Shown one piece after another: positions 1 to 13,679 of a DNA stretch of 64,000 nt; position 1 is the stretch's first letter; each line of letters begins with the position of its first letter. A model generated the notes under the pieces. The model had not been told where the DNA came from, ran no database searches, and saw only the letters and a program-made list of their open reading frames with translations. The translations under genes and the position numbers were made by a program. The DNA is taken from contig JBHGNT010000012.1 of assembly GCA_043228905.1 (NCBI GenBank), forward strand, positions 16,740,001 through 16,804,000. The letters run 5' to 3'. This DNA is from Azolla caroliniana (lineage: Eukaryota; Plantae; Polypodiophyta).

Positions 1-220
1 TGAGCCACATGGAACCCCTGCTACGTACAAAATATCACAGTCCATGGTAGCCACTAACAAACATTTCACAACTACTTCATACATTTCCAATGCACATCGC
101 TCTGCATTACATGGACACGCAAAGGAGGTTAATGGTGTAACTAAGGCTAGGTCAAGTGACTATAAAGTAGATCCGCTATTGATTATCATGTCAAGTCACA
201 AATAACAGCGCCAATATCAC

Positions 221-324
221 CATGAATCCTCAGGTTCTGCTGAAGGGGTGTTGTAATCTGGTTGCAATCCTTCATGCAGAATTTGAACAAATTCAAGATG
301 TAATGGCATTGACAAAGCAAGATC
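221..324 (-). CDS. Possible internal exon of the same host gene
   Basis: TTGCAG acceptor (330-325) and GT donor (220-219) bound a 104-bp segment open in two frames; no homology recognised. Confidence 0.25.
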
Positions 325-2912
325 CTGCAAGGTCTAGGAAAACTTCAATATGAAGAAAATAGTAGGGCTCACCAACGTTCTTCATTTCAGATTTGGTAAC
401 GAGTAGAGCTTTTACATTCCTCGTGATAGCCAAGTGTTTTCCTCCAATCACCAGGTCATTGAAATACAGGTAAAATTGCACATACATGGAGTTATGCAAC
501 TTGGAGACTTGAAAGCCAATTTGCTCAAGTACTTTGATCTTTGAGAGCCATACTATTAAGTATTGGCTGGATACTTACATTTGAGTAACTTGTCACATGA
601 TATCAAAATTGGGGCAAGTAACAAGGGGAGCTTATAAACCTTAGTGAAAAGCCTCAAAACAAAGATACAAATTTACAAATGTAAAAGAGGTATAAAAGAC
701 AAAGTGCACTTCTCTAAGTTAGGTTCTATTACGCGACCAAAATATTTAGATGTATTCTTACCAAATGCACTAAGGTTCCCATTGGACAACTTAGAATATC
801 ACCTCACCAACTTGAGATTGAGAATGGTCGTACTAATGGAATCCCTATAGAGGAAAGGATCTGTAGATTATGTCACATAGAGATAGAGGATGATTACCAC
901 TTTACATGCAAGTGTCTAACTTACGCCGAGATAAGGGAAAAATACCGAGACATACTCGGACCCTCTCCCACCCTCCCTAAACTATTAGATACTCTAGATA
1001 TAAAGAAATTAGGCAAATATATCTTAGAGCTAAAACAACATAGAGAGAATAAGCTACAAAATGTTGACGATAACGTTTCTAATATTCACCAACATGTAAC
1101 AAATGAAATTTTTCAAGGACAGGGGGAGACAACGAATATGGACACACCTGCACCACTCGGCCTCTTCCTTGATGAAGCAAAAAACCAAAGAAGAACCACA
1201 CGCCCTCAGATGCCAGGTTTCAAAGCAACTTGACATGGTGTAGAAGCAATTAAGAAAATAAGAGAACGTGAGCTACACCGCCTAGAAGCCATGGTTGGGG
1301 TACCTTCTACACTGGGACCATGCGTCACACCCACACCGAAACCCTTTGACCTCCCACTTCTTTTCGAGAGGCTTGAATGGAAATGAAACTAGGCCTAGTA
1401 CAAAGTCATTTCCTTTATCGAATATGTTACACCATAACACGTTTTGTACAATACTAGAACTCTTTTAGCTTAAGTTCTATTTTTATTTTATTTTATTTTT
1501 GATGATTGGGTAAATACCTTATTTTGTTGTACATCAATTTCTCATTGGCCAATTTTTGGCCTTAGAAGACATTAATATATTTTTCTTTCTCACTCTCAAC
1601 TTGATCTCCAATCTTAGTCTTTTATTTCCACTCTCTTACTCCCCTTCATTACCCTTGATCCTCATTTTTAAGTTAGAAGCTCCGTTCTTCAGTTTAAATC
1701 TTAAATATTTTAGTTTCACCTTGTATTGAGCATGGTTAGCATTACTCAATTATTAAGATTGTGTTGTGTGACAACAATCTCTCATGTTTTCCTTAATTTA
1801 GAGATTAATTAGTTTTGAAAATCTAGATTAAGTCAGCATACGCAACCATAGTTGACACACTCTTGTTCGTTTCGCAAACAAAAGGATGTATGGTCACCCA
1901 ATCCATTAGACAACAAATCAATGAGGCATATATCCATTTTTATGTTCCATAGGCAAGAACGCCATTTTACTTGACATTTGGTGCCAATCCCAAGGATAAT
2001 GATGAGGACCAACAAGCATCCAGTTGAGTTTCTTGACCCTTTTGATTTCAATCATACCTTGCTCATGTATAGTGTTGCTTTGGGGTCTCTATTAAGTAAA
2101 CATGATGCATCCTTACAGTACATACAAGATGCACATTTACAGTATAGGCAAGATGGTTCTTTACTTCTGTGCAGAACAGAGTTGAGATTATCACAGCAAA
2201 CTGAAATTGCAAACGTCTACAAAATTGACCTTTACAATGGAAAACATGATGGAAATTTCTAGTGAAGAAAAAATATGGATCATTACACTCAGGAAAAGAC
2301 ACAGATCATCACTGTGCAAATTAGTTGGATTGCCATGGTGCAAACAAGATGAACCTTTCCAGAACACAACAAGAAGGATCTTATGCTTCTTTACAGAAAG
2401 CAAAACAATATAGAACATTAAACAATAAGCAAGAGAGAACCATTTGATAAAGAACTGATTAATATGGATTTTTACACAGTGGGCCAAGGGAAGATCAATG
2501 AACACGGAGCAAATTTTTTGGATATTTACACAGATGCATGTGGGATGGGTTTCCACATGGTGTATAACCGATCAGTATCTACAGGGAAGACGACACCAGC
2601 ACATACAAGATCTTTGACGCTCAGCATCACACAAAGAATCTAAACAGAATTGGCGTCTCACAGTACTGGAAAGCTGAATCTTTAAAACAATGCAGGAAAG
2701 ATCTTTACAAATGCAAACAAGATAAATCTTTACAAATACAAACAGGACGAATCTTTGCAAATGCAAGTAAGATAAATTTTTACAATGCAAAAAAACCTAC
2801 AGTGGATATGACCAGTACGCAATCTTCAACTTTCTAGATAATATGGATCTTGGCGTTGCAATTAGGGAGACAAAGAATCTAACACAGACGGAGAAGTAGC
2901 AGGGGAACTTAC

Positions 2913-3277
2913 ATGCGAAGTGCAGCATGGAGATCTTTAGTAGCTTCTTCAACCTCTTCTGCGGTAGGTGGAGAGAAGAAGATCTGACGACGCAGAGATT
3001 CTTCTCCTTCACGAACGTAGCAGAACTCCGTAAATTGATCATCTTCCATAACAACAAGGGACGATGAAGAAGAAGAGAGAACTTTGACCTGTTTCTCTTT
3101 ACTGCTAGAAAGACTCAAGACGGAGGAAAAACCCTCGTTCTGTGCAGAGGATTGCGGCGATGGATCGATGCGACAGAAAGCTAAAGAAGAAGGGGAAGTG
3201 GAAGAAGAACCTATGGCGGCAGCTGTGGCTGTGCTTACTAAGCGAGCCATGCTTCGGAAGATAGCTCCTCCTCCCAT
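2913..3277 (-). CDS. First coding exon of a host gene; uncharacterised plant protein resembling the UCP012943 (At4g25170-like) family
   Basis: ATG at 3277 (MGGGAIFRSMARLVST..., Ser/Ala-rich transit-peptide-like N-terminus). Motif RQIFFSPPTAEEVEEATKDLHAALR resembles the family's LVFGPVPS.EE.E.A motif as recalled. Frame ends at a perfect GTAAGT donor (2912-2907). CT-rich 5' UTR upstream. Confidence 0.6.
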
Positions 3278-3460
3278 CGCTGTGATGCAGAGGTCGACAG
3301 ATGATCGCGAAAAGAGAATCGCAGAAAGAGAGAAAGCAGGGGAGAAACGCAGAGAAGAAAAAAAGAAGAAAGAGTAGGGATTATGCGAGATAAATGTAGA
3401 GAAGAAGAAGGAATTATGGTTTCCTCGCGAAACCTGCAAAGCGACCCGATGGTCTGATTA

Positions 3461-3662
3461 TTTAGGGTTAGGGTTATCTTCAGTCTGAGTCAACTTGTAG
3501 AGAAGAAGGGAGGGAGGAGGAGAAATTAGGGTTTCCTTGCTTAACTGCACAGACCAGACCAGAGGGAGGAGTTAAAATCTCGAGGAGGAGGAATTAGGGT
3601 TTCATGGCTTACCTGCAGAAACGATTCCCCAAAGGTCTGAATCTTTTTAGGGTTAGGGTTTT
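3461..3662 (-). promoter_or_regulatory. Telo-box (AAACCCTA-like) cluster in the promoter/5' UTR of the host gene
   Basis: TTAGGGTT motifs at ~3461-3476, ~3526, ~3594 and ~3647-3662, just upstream of the ATG at 3277. Confidence 0.55.
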
Positions 3663-3870
3663 TCTCTGCCTGCACAAAAAAGTAAACCTATAAATAAAAA
3701 TAAAAATAAAAACAAAAATAAAAAACAAAATTACATTTATTTTTTTAATCACGTTTTCTTTTCTTTTCTTTTTTTAAGGAATTAAAAAGTTTAAAAAATA
3801 GATTTTATTTATAAAGTCGCGCTTTTTATTCCCTCGTTTTTTGTTGTTCTTTTTCTTGGTGCGTGTATTT

Positions 3871-4012
3871 ATTCCGCATTCGTATACATACGTATACGTA
3901 TTTGTTCTCGTATTCTACATTCCGCATTCGTATACATACGTATACGTATTTGTTCTCATATTCTACATTCTGCATTCGTATACGTATACGTATTTGTTCT
4001 CGTATTCTACAT
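3871..4012. repeat. 48-bp minisatellite, ~3 copies
   Basis: Unit ATTCCGCATTCGTATACATACGTATACGTATTTGTTCTCGTATTCTAC starts at 3871, 3919 and 3967 (third copy shortened). Confidence 0.85.
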
Positions 4013-6424
4013 TTCTCTACATATTTATTTGAATTTTGCACTAAGAGCGCTTGTTGGTTTCTTTGCCTGGAAACCAAACCAAACCGTCTATGAAAACCCA
4101 AGCCACTTAAACCAAACCATTTTAGAAAACTGTTAACCAAACCATTTAAACTTAAACCGTTCAGGGAAAAGTTGGAAACCAAACCGAACCATTTTATCAT
4201 AAAGTTGAACCTAACCATCTAAGTTGAATTAATTAAAATTTTAAATAAATAAAATATATCAAATTAAATGAGCACTTAAGTCAAGCAAATTAAATATTTG
4301 AATAAATAAAAATACATCAAAGTTAAAAACCATTATAGTAATTAAATTAATACAAAACATTACCTAAACCACTAAATTTGTTACATCCATTAGGTCTACC
4401 TAAAATAAAGAAATTGTTATAAATAAAGAACCTTGGAAGTAAAACGATTCAATTAGTGAACGTTTGACATTCCGATGATTCCTATTTAATAAGAATCTAT
4501 TTTCCTCAAGGGACAGACCAGTGTTGTGGGAAAGTCTCTAGCCCCTATCGGAATTTTTCTTGCTTCTTATGAACCTAACCGGAATTTTAAAATTTAAACC
4601 GCCCACTTTCCTACAAGCGATATTGTCAATTGGAACATGTTGAAATATTTTTTTAGTGCATAGCAAAACAAGCGATAATGTCAAATGAAACATGTTGAAA
4701 TTTTTTTTAGCGCATAGCAAATCAAATATTTTTTTCTAGTGGATACATACGAAGAACAAAAAGACAAAAAGACAACGAGAAGAGGAAAAACAGACAATGA
4801 ATGGTGAAGAGAACGTTGCGCAGATCGTTGTAGACAACGAGGAAGAGGATGGCTAACACGGTACACTAGGGGAACTCTGATGCAGTGCCCCCCCCGACAA
4901 CTCCTCCACGGTCAGCCTTCACTATCGTCTTCACACCAGAAGAAGAAGCGATGTTGAAAAGAGAGGTAAGTTGTCTACATTACTACTCAATAGTGCGTAG
5001 GGTTATAGGTTAAAGGCCGAATAGAGGAGATTTGAGAGATCTCCTCCAGGCGGCTTTCCATCATAGGATCGGAAAAATCGTCGATGTGCAATTTCTCAGA
5101 CATGCCTTCTATCATCTAGAATTGGATACAATCGAATCCGTTATGGTAATGTTGAATGCAAATATGATCAATATTCGGAATGCAATTGCTTGTTTTGTGA
5201 TGTGGAAACCTGACTTTGATCCTGTAAAAATGTTGAATTCAGGGCATCGTTTGACCCCGATATCCGTGGTTTTCCCGAGAATCCCTAAGGAATACATGGT
5301 TGTACTTCCATCAATCGCAACAAGAATCGACACATTTCTTCCTCCTCGCGAGGAGGCATTAGAAACAAAGCTAATAGGATAACCATCAATTTGATTATTA
5401 GTTCCCTCAATGGAAAATTAACCCACTCAGGTACCATCACTCACCAGGAATTCGATGTTCATGCAAAAATTGGAGTATGTAGGTATGCATGGACAATGTT
5501 TTTATTGTAAACAGAAAGGCCACGTACTGAAAGATTGTCCAAAAAAAAGGGATTTAGACCCTAGAATGGTACAAGTAATGTGCATACAGATGTTAACCAT
5601 GTTACCCTGGATAAGAGTCAACAATCACATCTAGTTGAGGGAACTGCGAAAGGGAAAAAATGTTCAGCCCTCCAAGGATGATAAGGGGAAAAGTATTCAA
5701 CCATCCAAGGTTGAGATGTGGAGACCAATTGAAAAGCGACACTCAAAACCCAATAAGTGCATAAAATCTAAGGGTGCTCAAGTAAGAATAGGTCGCTACG
5801 ATGCCATATAGGAATTAGATAACTCTTTGTCTCAAAATGATGTTCGGATATGCCAAATTAGTAATGTTTTTGAACAATCTACTCCTAGTGGAGAAGAGAC
5901 TGGATCAGTCCATAATCTTGCTATGGCCACTCAGATTAAAACAATGGTATCAAGTAAACAACATTTAAACTTGAGTAATATATCGTGGCCCCTTCACAGG
6001 TCTATAAAACGACCGTCTAGCTTGAGAGGTTTAAATGTGAACTTCATTTGCACAATCCCGATAAACTCTCAAGTAGAAAATACTTGTGATTTTGCAGTCA
6101 CTTGATGGAATGCCACATATGGGTTTGAGTTTTTAAATTTTTTTGGAGACATGGTTGCTAATGGCGATGCATCAATACGTGTTCATGTTCTTTTCAAGAC
6201 TATGCAATCTCTTGTAGGATTTTCTTTTCCTTTTTGTGGATATGATAAACAAACATGGGTGGCAACGGATGTTCGATTGGTTATTAGACAATAAACATTA
6301 CACTTCAGAAAATATGTTAATTGTGACCATTTTGGGGAAGTAATATTAAGGGGACTTGAGGCAACAACTATGATATGATGGGGTGGAGGCATGTGGTTGT
6401 CTCCTTAGATTCTGAGATCCTTCC

Positions 6425-6891
6425 TGTTGAGAATCAAGCTTAACATAGTGCAACATGTGAACATACCTTTTGAGAATCTATGATTACTTAAAGGTCAAGA
6501 GTCACACCACTACTCTCTACACATTAATTATGTGTCATAGAATCATATTCTATGACACATAACTAATGAGTTACATATTCCCCATGATTATGAGTCTTCA
6601 CATTCACCAAGAGAGAGTGGTTGTTGTAGTTAGTTAATGAAGAGAGAGGGTGACTATATATATAAAGCACCCTCCTCATACTTCATACTAGGTCGATTGT
6701 GACTCCTTGTAATGTTACATTTTTGTATCTCTTACTTTACTTGTGAATATACATATTCTTCTTGAGTCCTTTATTGTGTTCCTATTCTATCTAATCTATC
6801 TTGTGTTTCTCTTCTCTTCTCTCTTTCCTCTCACACATACACATAACACACATCTCTTCCGCTACACATGAATCATACCCGGGTCTTTACA
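6425..6891 (+). mobile_element. Solo LTR (copia type, terminus related to element B) inserted in the LINE
   Basis: TGTTGAGAATCAAGCT...TTTACA termini; TSD CTTCC/TTTCC (1 mismatch); TATATAAA at ~6658. Confidence 0.8.
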
Positions 6892-7079
6892 TTTCCAATT
6901 TGTGGATATACTTATATTCATGGAGATGGGTTATCAGAAGGTCAAGTATTAGCTAAAGCTCATCATCATTATAGAATGGTACGCGATGCGATACCTTTAT
7001 CATGAGCAAGATGGCAATGAGGCCAATTTGGAGCCATTAGCGAAAAACATGAAAATGGCATCACAACAACCAAAGTTTC

Positions 7080-8394
7080 CTTAAATGTGAGTGATGTCAT
7101 AGAATGTTTAGGGGTTAGGGGGGCCTTATATAGACGATACAAACATTGTCACCATCAAGAGATTAACAAATGCGTAGTGGGTGGATCCCTAGATTTTCTT
7201 TTAATACTAGAACATCATTCAAATACTTTTAGAATTTCTCATTATGGTTCCATTCTATCTGGAAACTAGGACATGTTTTGGTCCCCCACAGTGTAGGCAA
7301 CACAAAAGTCCATGGTGGGGTTTGTATGGCTATTCCTTAGAGGTGGATTCCATCCATTATCCAAAAACAAGTGGTTATTCCTCGAAGGGCTCAATATGGT
7401 ATTATGCAAGAGGGAGAGATTACATGGGAACTCTTGAATATATATGCTCCCAATACTGCCTCTGCTCGAGAACAATTTTGGAATGAATTATTAAATAATC
7501 TGCCTCCCCTTGATCATTGGTGTATTATTGGTGATTTCAACATGCTTCAGGACCCCATTGATAGAATTGGGAGGTACCTCAACCACGATACATGGGCATG
7601 AATTAACAATGTGGGAACAATTGATGTTTTCCTTACAAATGTTAGATGCTTGGCATGCTCCTTCGATAGTTCATACAAACACCTCACTTTTGTTTTCAAG
7701 ATTAGATAGGTGTGTAAATGGTACTAATTTATCTCGTTTGGATAGATTCTACGTATTTGGCAAATTTATTTCAGCAACTGGTACAATACATATAATGCCA
7801 GGAACTACCTTCTTTGATCATGCTCAAGTTATTCTTTCAATCTCAACTCAAAATGTTAAAGAATTTTCCAATCTGAAGATTCTTGGAAAACTGTTTTTAG
7901 ACAATAGCTTTTCCTTACAAGTGGCTGAATTATGGTCTCAAAAAGATGTTGTATAGGAATAAATGGCTATGCAGGTAGCTAATGGCTTACAATGTATTTC
8001 AGAATTTTTTAGGTGTAAATCCAAGGAGAGGTTTTCTATAATACAAAAAAAGGAGAAACGGTCTCATACTTCTCTTGTTTCTCTACAACGATTACAAGAA
8101 CGTTATCCACATTGTACTTGGATTGCTGAGAAACTTGGGTCAGCAAAACAAGAACTTGTTGTACTATTAGAAAAGCGTGCAAAATTTCAGTATCATCATA
8201 GGACAACTAATTGGACCCAAATGGGTGATAAATGCATAGGTGCATTTTTTCATACAATGAGACCCAATCATAATGCAGTTTCACTCAAACAACAACATGA
8301 GAATGAAACCATCTCATATGACCCTCAAGTGATTGAGAGAAATAGCCACACGATACTATTCCAACCTATTATCAGCTATTTCCTTCTCCGATAA
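7080..8394 (+). pseudogene. LINE ORF2 endonuclease region, frameshifted
   Basis: ORF fragments 7371-7601, 7510-7956 and 7963-8394 carry EEP endonuclease motifs; no RT domain before the LTR at 8401. Confidence 0.8.
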
Positions 8395-8400
8395 GGATGT

Positions 8401-8503
8401 TGTTGAGAATCAAGCTCAACCTAGTGCAACGTGTGAACACACTCTTTGAGAATCTATGATCACTCAAAGGTCAAGCGTCACACAACTACTCTCTATGCAT
8501 TAA
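8401..8503 (+). mobile_element. Truncated second copy of the 6425 LTR, fused to gypsy A integrase
   Basis: Aligns to the first ~100 bp of 6425-6891, then switches to integrase sequence across shared CATTAATT. Confidence 0.8.
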
Positions 8504-9959
8504 TTTTTTCGATAATACGGAAATGACCTAATCGCTGATAATCCAACTTCTCGCATGGGCGAGTAGTCTTGATGTGTCGTCGTAGTAGCCATACCCAATC
8601 TCCAATGTTAAAACTGTATGGAAGTCGATGACGATCTGCGTAAACCTTGTGTGTTTGTTGAGCTTGTTGTAGATGAGTCGATAAATCCGCATGTATCTTG
8701 CGTAACCGCTCCAAACGATCCTCTGCGCAAGGATTTGTGGGTAACTCTGGGGTTTCAAATACACACCACCGGGGGTGACAGCCTGTATAACAATAAAATG
8801 GTGTAACCTTTGTCGATGAGTGGACAGAGTTATTATACGCAAATTCGGCGAAGTGGAGAATATCCGCCCAGTTATCTTGATGATAGCTTAGAAAGCACCG
8901 AAGAGTGTGTGAGAGGAAGAGAGAGAGAGAGGAAGTTACACTTGAACACAAAGATAAATGGGGGATGATTGACTATATTGAGAAGTGGCATCAACATACA
9001 AAAATACCCACAATGAGGTATATATACAACCCATGTGCAAAGGTGCACATGTGTGGGTAGAACATAGGTACTTATGTGTAAGTCCTACATTAAATGTACT
9101 AAGGAGTGGAGGATCTAGAATACCCCACTTAAGTACAAGGTCCTATTTAAAGGCTTAAGGTCAACACATTAACTAGATTCGATCTAGGTAACTACTAAGT
9201 TACATGTGTTGACTAACTAGATTAAACTAGTTGAGCTTGATATCTCAACACGCCCCCTCAAGCTCAAGTGTGAGGCGTCCAAGGTCTGGTTTAGCTTCCT
9301 TCGGCTCCATCGGCATCGGTGCGGCTTGCAGCTTTTTTTCGCGGCGTTGCACGGCCTTCTTCGCGGCTTCGTTGCGCGGCTCTCCGCGGCTTTGTTGCAC
9401 GGCGTTGTGCGACTTTCTTCGCGGCTTCGTTGTAGGGTTCTCCGTAGCTTTGTTTTTCGCGGTGTTGTGCGGCCTTCTTCCGTCTTCGCGGCTCTCCGCG
9501 GCTTTGTTGCCCCCTCAAGCCTATCACAAAGGCTTGGATCCTCGGGCTCTTCTTCGGCCACTACCTCCATCGCGAGGGCATAGTGATGGGCCATATACTC
9601 GTTGTATGCGTAACGAGTGACTTGGGTCTTCGCTCGTGATGAGCGACAGAGTTTCTTGTTTGTCGATGTGAGTGCCTTCTTTACTCCGGGTGTCCTCATG
9701 ATGGGTACACCGAACTCATTGTCTAGTGAGCGAGTCGAATCATCCGAATCACGGTCATCGGGGTGGACCTCGACTTCGTATTCGGGCATCTTACCTTTGC
9801 CTTTGTCCGATGTCGGACTTGGTCGCGACGTGTTTTCATCACGTGGAGGCTCTTGTGGGCCAATTAGCTCGGTAGAGCTTGGATTGTCCTTCGGTGGAGG
9901 ACTTGGCCGAGTTTCGTCGTCTGAGTTGGCCTTCAACTCTTCCTCGATCGGGTCGGATG

Positions 9960-10784
9960 TGACGGGAACTCAACGCTCCTTATGTCCAACGCTCGGCCAC
10001 AACTGAGCTCCTTTTCATACGCAGAAAACGGGAAGCAAATGCACGACACAAAGGAGAGAAAAAGAAAATACACAGGAGGTTTATGTGGAAAACCCCAAAC
10101 TAGGGGAAAAAAAAACCACGGCAGCCCACAGGCTGCAAACTGTCACTATGTAAGAATGTACAAATAGTGAGTACACGGAGGCAACGACCTCGTGCTCACG
10201 ATCTTTGCCACAGGCGGCGGTTACAACAGAGGCAACGACCTCGTTCTCTCTCTCTCTCTGTACAGTTACGCGCTCTCTCTTCTTCTTGCACCAACAAGAA
10301 AATAACAACTAAAGGTTTGCCCTAAGTCATATTTATACTAATATGACTTTTCGGCTATTTACAAATATAGCCTCGATGGGCTCTCAGAAACATATTTACG
10401 AATATGTCTCTTCCTCCGGTTCTCACCAGGTCTGCGTCATCCGGCTCTCCGTAGCCGGGTGCTCCTCATCCGGTTCTCACCGGGCCTGCACCATCCGGTT
10501 CTCCGTAGCCAGGTACTCCTCATCCGGTTCACATCGGGTCTGCACCATCCGGCTCTCCGTAGCCGGGTACTCCTCATCCGGTTCACACCGGGTCTGCACC
10601 ATCCGGCTCTCCGTAGCCGGGTACTCCTCATCCGGTTCACACCGTCTGCACCATCCGGCTCTCCTTAGCCGGGTACTCCTCATCCGGTTCACACCGGGTC
10701 TGCACCATCCGGCTCTCCGTAGCCGAGTTTGTTCATCGACACTGTTCTTCTCCCTTCCCATCCGGAGGGACCTGTCTCCCAACA
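9960..10784 (-). mobile_element. Solo LTR C of the Tnt1-like copia family (G/H/L)
   Basis: TG...CA termini; perfect TSD GGATG (9955-9959 / 10785-10789); shares the TATA core with G and L LTRs. Confidence 0.9.
10415..10726. repeat. 54-bp tandem array (~6 copies) in U3 of solo LTR C
   Basis: Unit TCCGGTTCACACCGGGTCTGCACCATCCGGCTCTCCGTAGCCGGGTACTCCTCA; gives 18-aa periodic spurious ORFs. Confidence 0.9.
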
Positions 10785-13679
10785 GGATGGAGTCGCATCG
10801 GGCTTATACCAAGATGTCGATTCGTCGAAAACGACGTCGCGACTTATCCAGACCGCTCGGGTCGAAGGGTTGAAGCACTTGTACGCCTTTTTCGCGGACA
10901 AGTATCCTATGAGGATACATTCTTCCGACTTCGCGTCGGGCTTCTCTTGACTTTCGTTCAGGATGCGTACATTCCCAATGCTTCCGAACACCTTGAGGTG
11001 CGAGAGGATGGGCTTCCTTCCAATGAAGATCTCGTATGGAGTAAGCTCGTGCACGCTATTTGTGGTGCATCGATTCATGAGATAGACGGCCGTGGATGCC
11101 GCTTCCGCCCAATAGAAATTCGGCATGTGCTTCTCACGCATCATGGCGCGTGCTACCTCGAGTATTTGCCGATTCTTTCTCTCGGCTACTCCGTTTTGTT
11201 GGGGAGTGTGTCGGCATGAGAATTCTCTACGAATACCTTCACCTTGGAGGTAGGAGGTGAACTCGTCGGAGAAGTACTCCTTTCCTCCGTCCGATCGTAG
11301 GCATCGAATGTGCCGACCGGTTTCTTTCTCCACTTGGCTTTTGAGCCTTTGAAAGTGGGAGAGCACTTCGCTCTTCTTCTTCATCGGGTATATCCACGCA
11401 TAGCACGTGTGGTCATCGATGAAGGTGACATAGTAGCGGCATCCGCCGAGCGTCAGCGTTTGAGCCGGTCCCCATACATCCGAGTGTATGACGTCGAGGA
11501 GGCCTTTGCTTGTGGAGCTCTCCTTCAGGAATGGGAGTCGATGTTGTTTGCCGAGTTGGCATGCTTCGCACACTCGGTCGACTCGTTTCGATTCGAAGGC
11601 CGGAAGTCCGATTACGACTCCCTTTGATTGCATTCCACGAAGCCGTTGGAGGTTTGCGTGGCCGATTCGCTTGTGCCACAACTCGATGTTTGTCTCGGTC
11701 TTGAGACCTTTGGCGTACATGGCCGATTTTACCTCGTTCGAGTCGAGGATGAACAAGCGACCGTCTCTCCGTCCCTTGGCTATGAGTCAGCCATCTTTCT
11801 CGATGAAGCAACCTTCATTGTTGAAGTGGACTTGCATGCCTTGCTCCACGATTTGGCTGACTGAGACCAAATTCTTTGTTATTGTGGGCACGTGCAAGAC
11901 ATTCTTGATGCAAGTTTGCTCACCTTCTTTCCCGAATGGGACATCGCCGATGTGCCGAATGGGATGTGGAGTGTCGTCTCCGATCTCTATGTAGCTGGGT
12001 CGATCCGGTGTTCACAAGTCGCGAAACCACTCTTGGTGCGACGTCATGTGGTGCAAGGCGCCAGAGTCTACGAACCACACGTGTTCGGAGTTGGAGGTGC
12101 TTGCGGAGTTTGCGGGGTCGGAGGCCATCATAGAGTTGGCTCTATGCCTCATCACGAAGAGTCCGCCGTAGTTCGCGTATTCCGCATTTGCGGTGTAATT
12201 TGTGAGTTGCCGGCTTGTTGAGGCCGACTCGCTTCGTCTTTTTCGGCACTCCTCTTCGCGATGGCCGATTTTGCCGCAATAGTTGCACGTAGGTGGCGTC
12301 GTTCGCCGACTTTGTTCGGCATGGAAGCTCCCCCTTCTTGTGAAGGTTCCTCGATGGCTTCCGTTTCCTTGCCAAAATTGCGAATTCCCTTCGTGGGATA
12401 GGTCGAATTGACCTCTTCCGCGTCGACCTCGTCTATGGGCACCATCCGTATCGGAGAAGAGAATTTGTCCTTCCGATGTGTTGGTCTTTGGTTGAACGTG
12501 GTTTTCTTCGACCAATAGCATTGATTGGAGGTTGAAGAACGAGGGAGGGGTATCTCTCGCCAAGATTGCCGTTCTCAACGGGTTAAATCGTTGTGCGAGG
12601 CCGCCCAAGAATACTTGCACCATCTCGTCCTCGTCGATGTTGATGTTGATGGAGCCAAGAGAGTCGCAAATGCTCTTGATCTTGGCGGTGTAGTCTGTCA
12701 CAGACATTTCTTTTTGTCGTATGTTGTTCAACTCTTGCCGGAGTTGAAGCTTGCGCGCGGATGTGTCCGCGGGGAAAATCTTCTTCAGATTTTCCCACGC
12801 CTCTTTGGGCGTCTTGGCGTCACGAATGTGGCTAAGCATGTGGTCGTTTACACATGTTGCCAAGCAATACATTACCCGACTCGCGCCTTGCTCCCACGTT
12901 GGGTAGTTGGCGTGTGTGGTTTCGGTTTTGTTTTCTTGTGCGTCGTTGATGTAGCTCCAATACCCTTGGCCAACAAGGTATTGATTCATCTTGTACTCCC
13001 AAGATGAATAGTTGCTTCGGTCTAGCTTTTCGCTAGGGAGTGAGCTTCCCATTTGTTTGTTCATGTTGATTGTTGTGTCTTCCGTTTTGTTTTTCTTCTC
13101 TTGGTCGCGTACACGTCCTTCGTAGCGGCACTACGGTAGCGGATAGCGAATATCCGGGATTTGTTGTCATTGTCTCGAACACACAATCACGAATAAGCGG
13201 TGGGCTTAGTGGATTTCCTAAACCACGCGCTCTGATACCATGTTAAGTAATTAGGTAATTAACTAGGGTTAATTAGAGACTAATTATATGGTTATGTTAA
13301 GCAGCGGAAGATTAGTATAATATGCGCGTGAGAGTGTGTGAGAGGAAGAGAGAGAGAGAGGAAGTTACACTTGAACACAAAGATAAATGGGGGATGATTG
13401 ACTATATTGAGAAGTGGCATCAACATACAAAAATACCCACAATGAGGTATATATACAACCCATGTGCAAAGGTGCACATGTGTGGGTAGAACATAGGTAC
13501 TTATGTGTAAGTCCTACATTAAATGTACTAAGGAGTGGAGGATCTAGAATATCCCACTTAAGTACAAGGTCCTATTTAAAGGCTTAAGGTCAACACATTA
13601 ACTAGATTCGATCTAGGTAACTACTAAGTTACATGTGTTGACTAACTAGATTAAACTAGTTGAGCTTGATATCTCAACA

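Larger units (their letters stand above)
4797..8400 (+). mobile_element. Decayed L1-clade LINE, 3'-truncated within the window
   Basis: ORF1 remnant is DUF4283-like with a CCHC knuckle CFYCKQKGHVLKDC at ~5497-5538. ORF2 has APE endonuclease motifs NIYAPN, WCIIGDFN, SRLDRFYV, FDH (7080-7950) and a following linker. Many stops and frameshifts. Confidence 0.85.
9540..13064 (-). pseudogene. Copia B gag-protease-integrase (interrupted between ORF pieces; split by solo LTR C)
   Basis: ORFs 12012-13064 (gag, CNYCGKIGHREEEC, WFVDSGA), 10689-11756 (GAG-pre-integrase and rve core) and a linker to ...EEEPE at ~9540; no YVDD. Confidence 0.85.
8902..13679 (-). mobile_element. Copia B (Bryco/RLC5-like, tentative), lacks RT-RNase H
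   Basis: 5' LTR 13241-13679; 3' LTR 8902-9250 (outer ~90 bp lost); iMet PBS TGGTATCAGAGC at 13240-13229; PPT GAGGGGGCG at 9259-9251. Confidence 0.9.

Noticed and set aside
871-1439. Possible solo LTR (TGTCA...TAACA) in the host-gene intron
   Set aside because: No TSD (GATTA vs CGTTT) and no second copy in the window.
4070-4220. AAACC-rich repeats suggesting a MITE or hAT end
   Set aside because: No terminal inverted repeat pair or TSD could be identified.
10343-10873. Periodic ORFs and a CRISPR-like look
   Set aside because: These come from a 54-bp tandem array in an LTR with no unique spacers and no cas genes.
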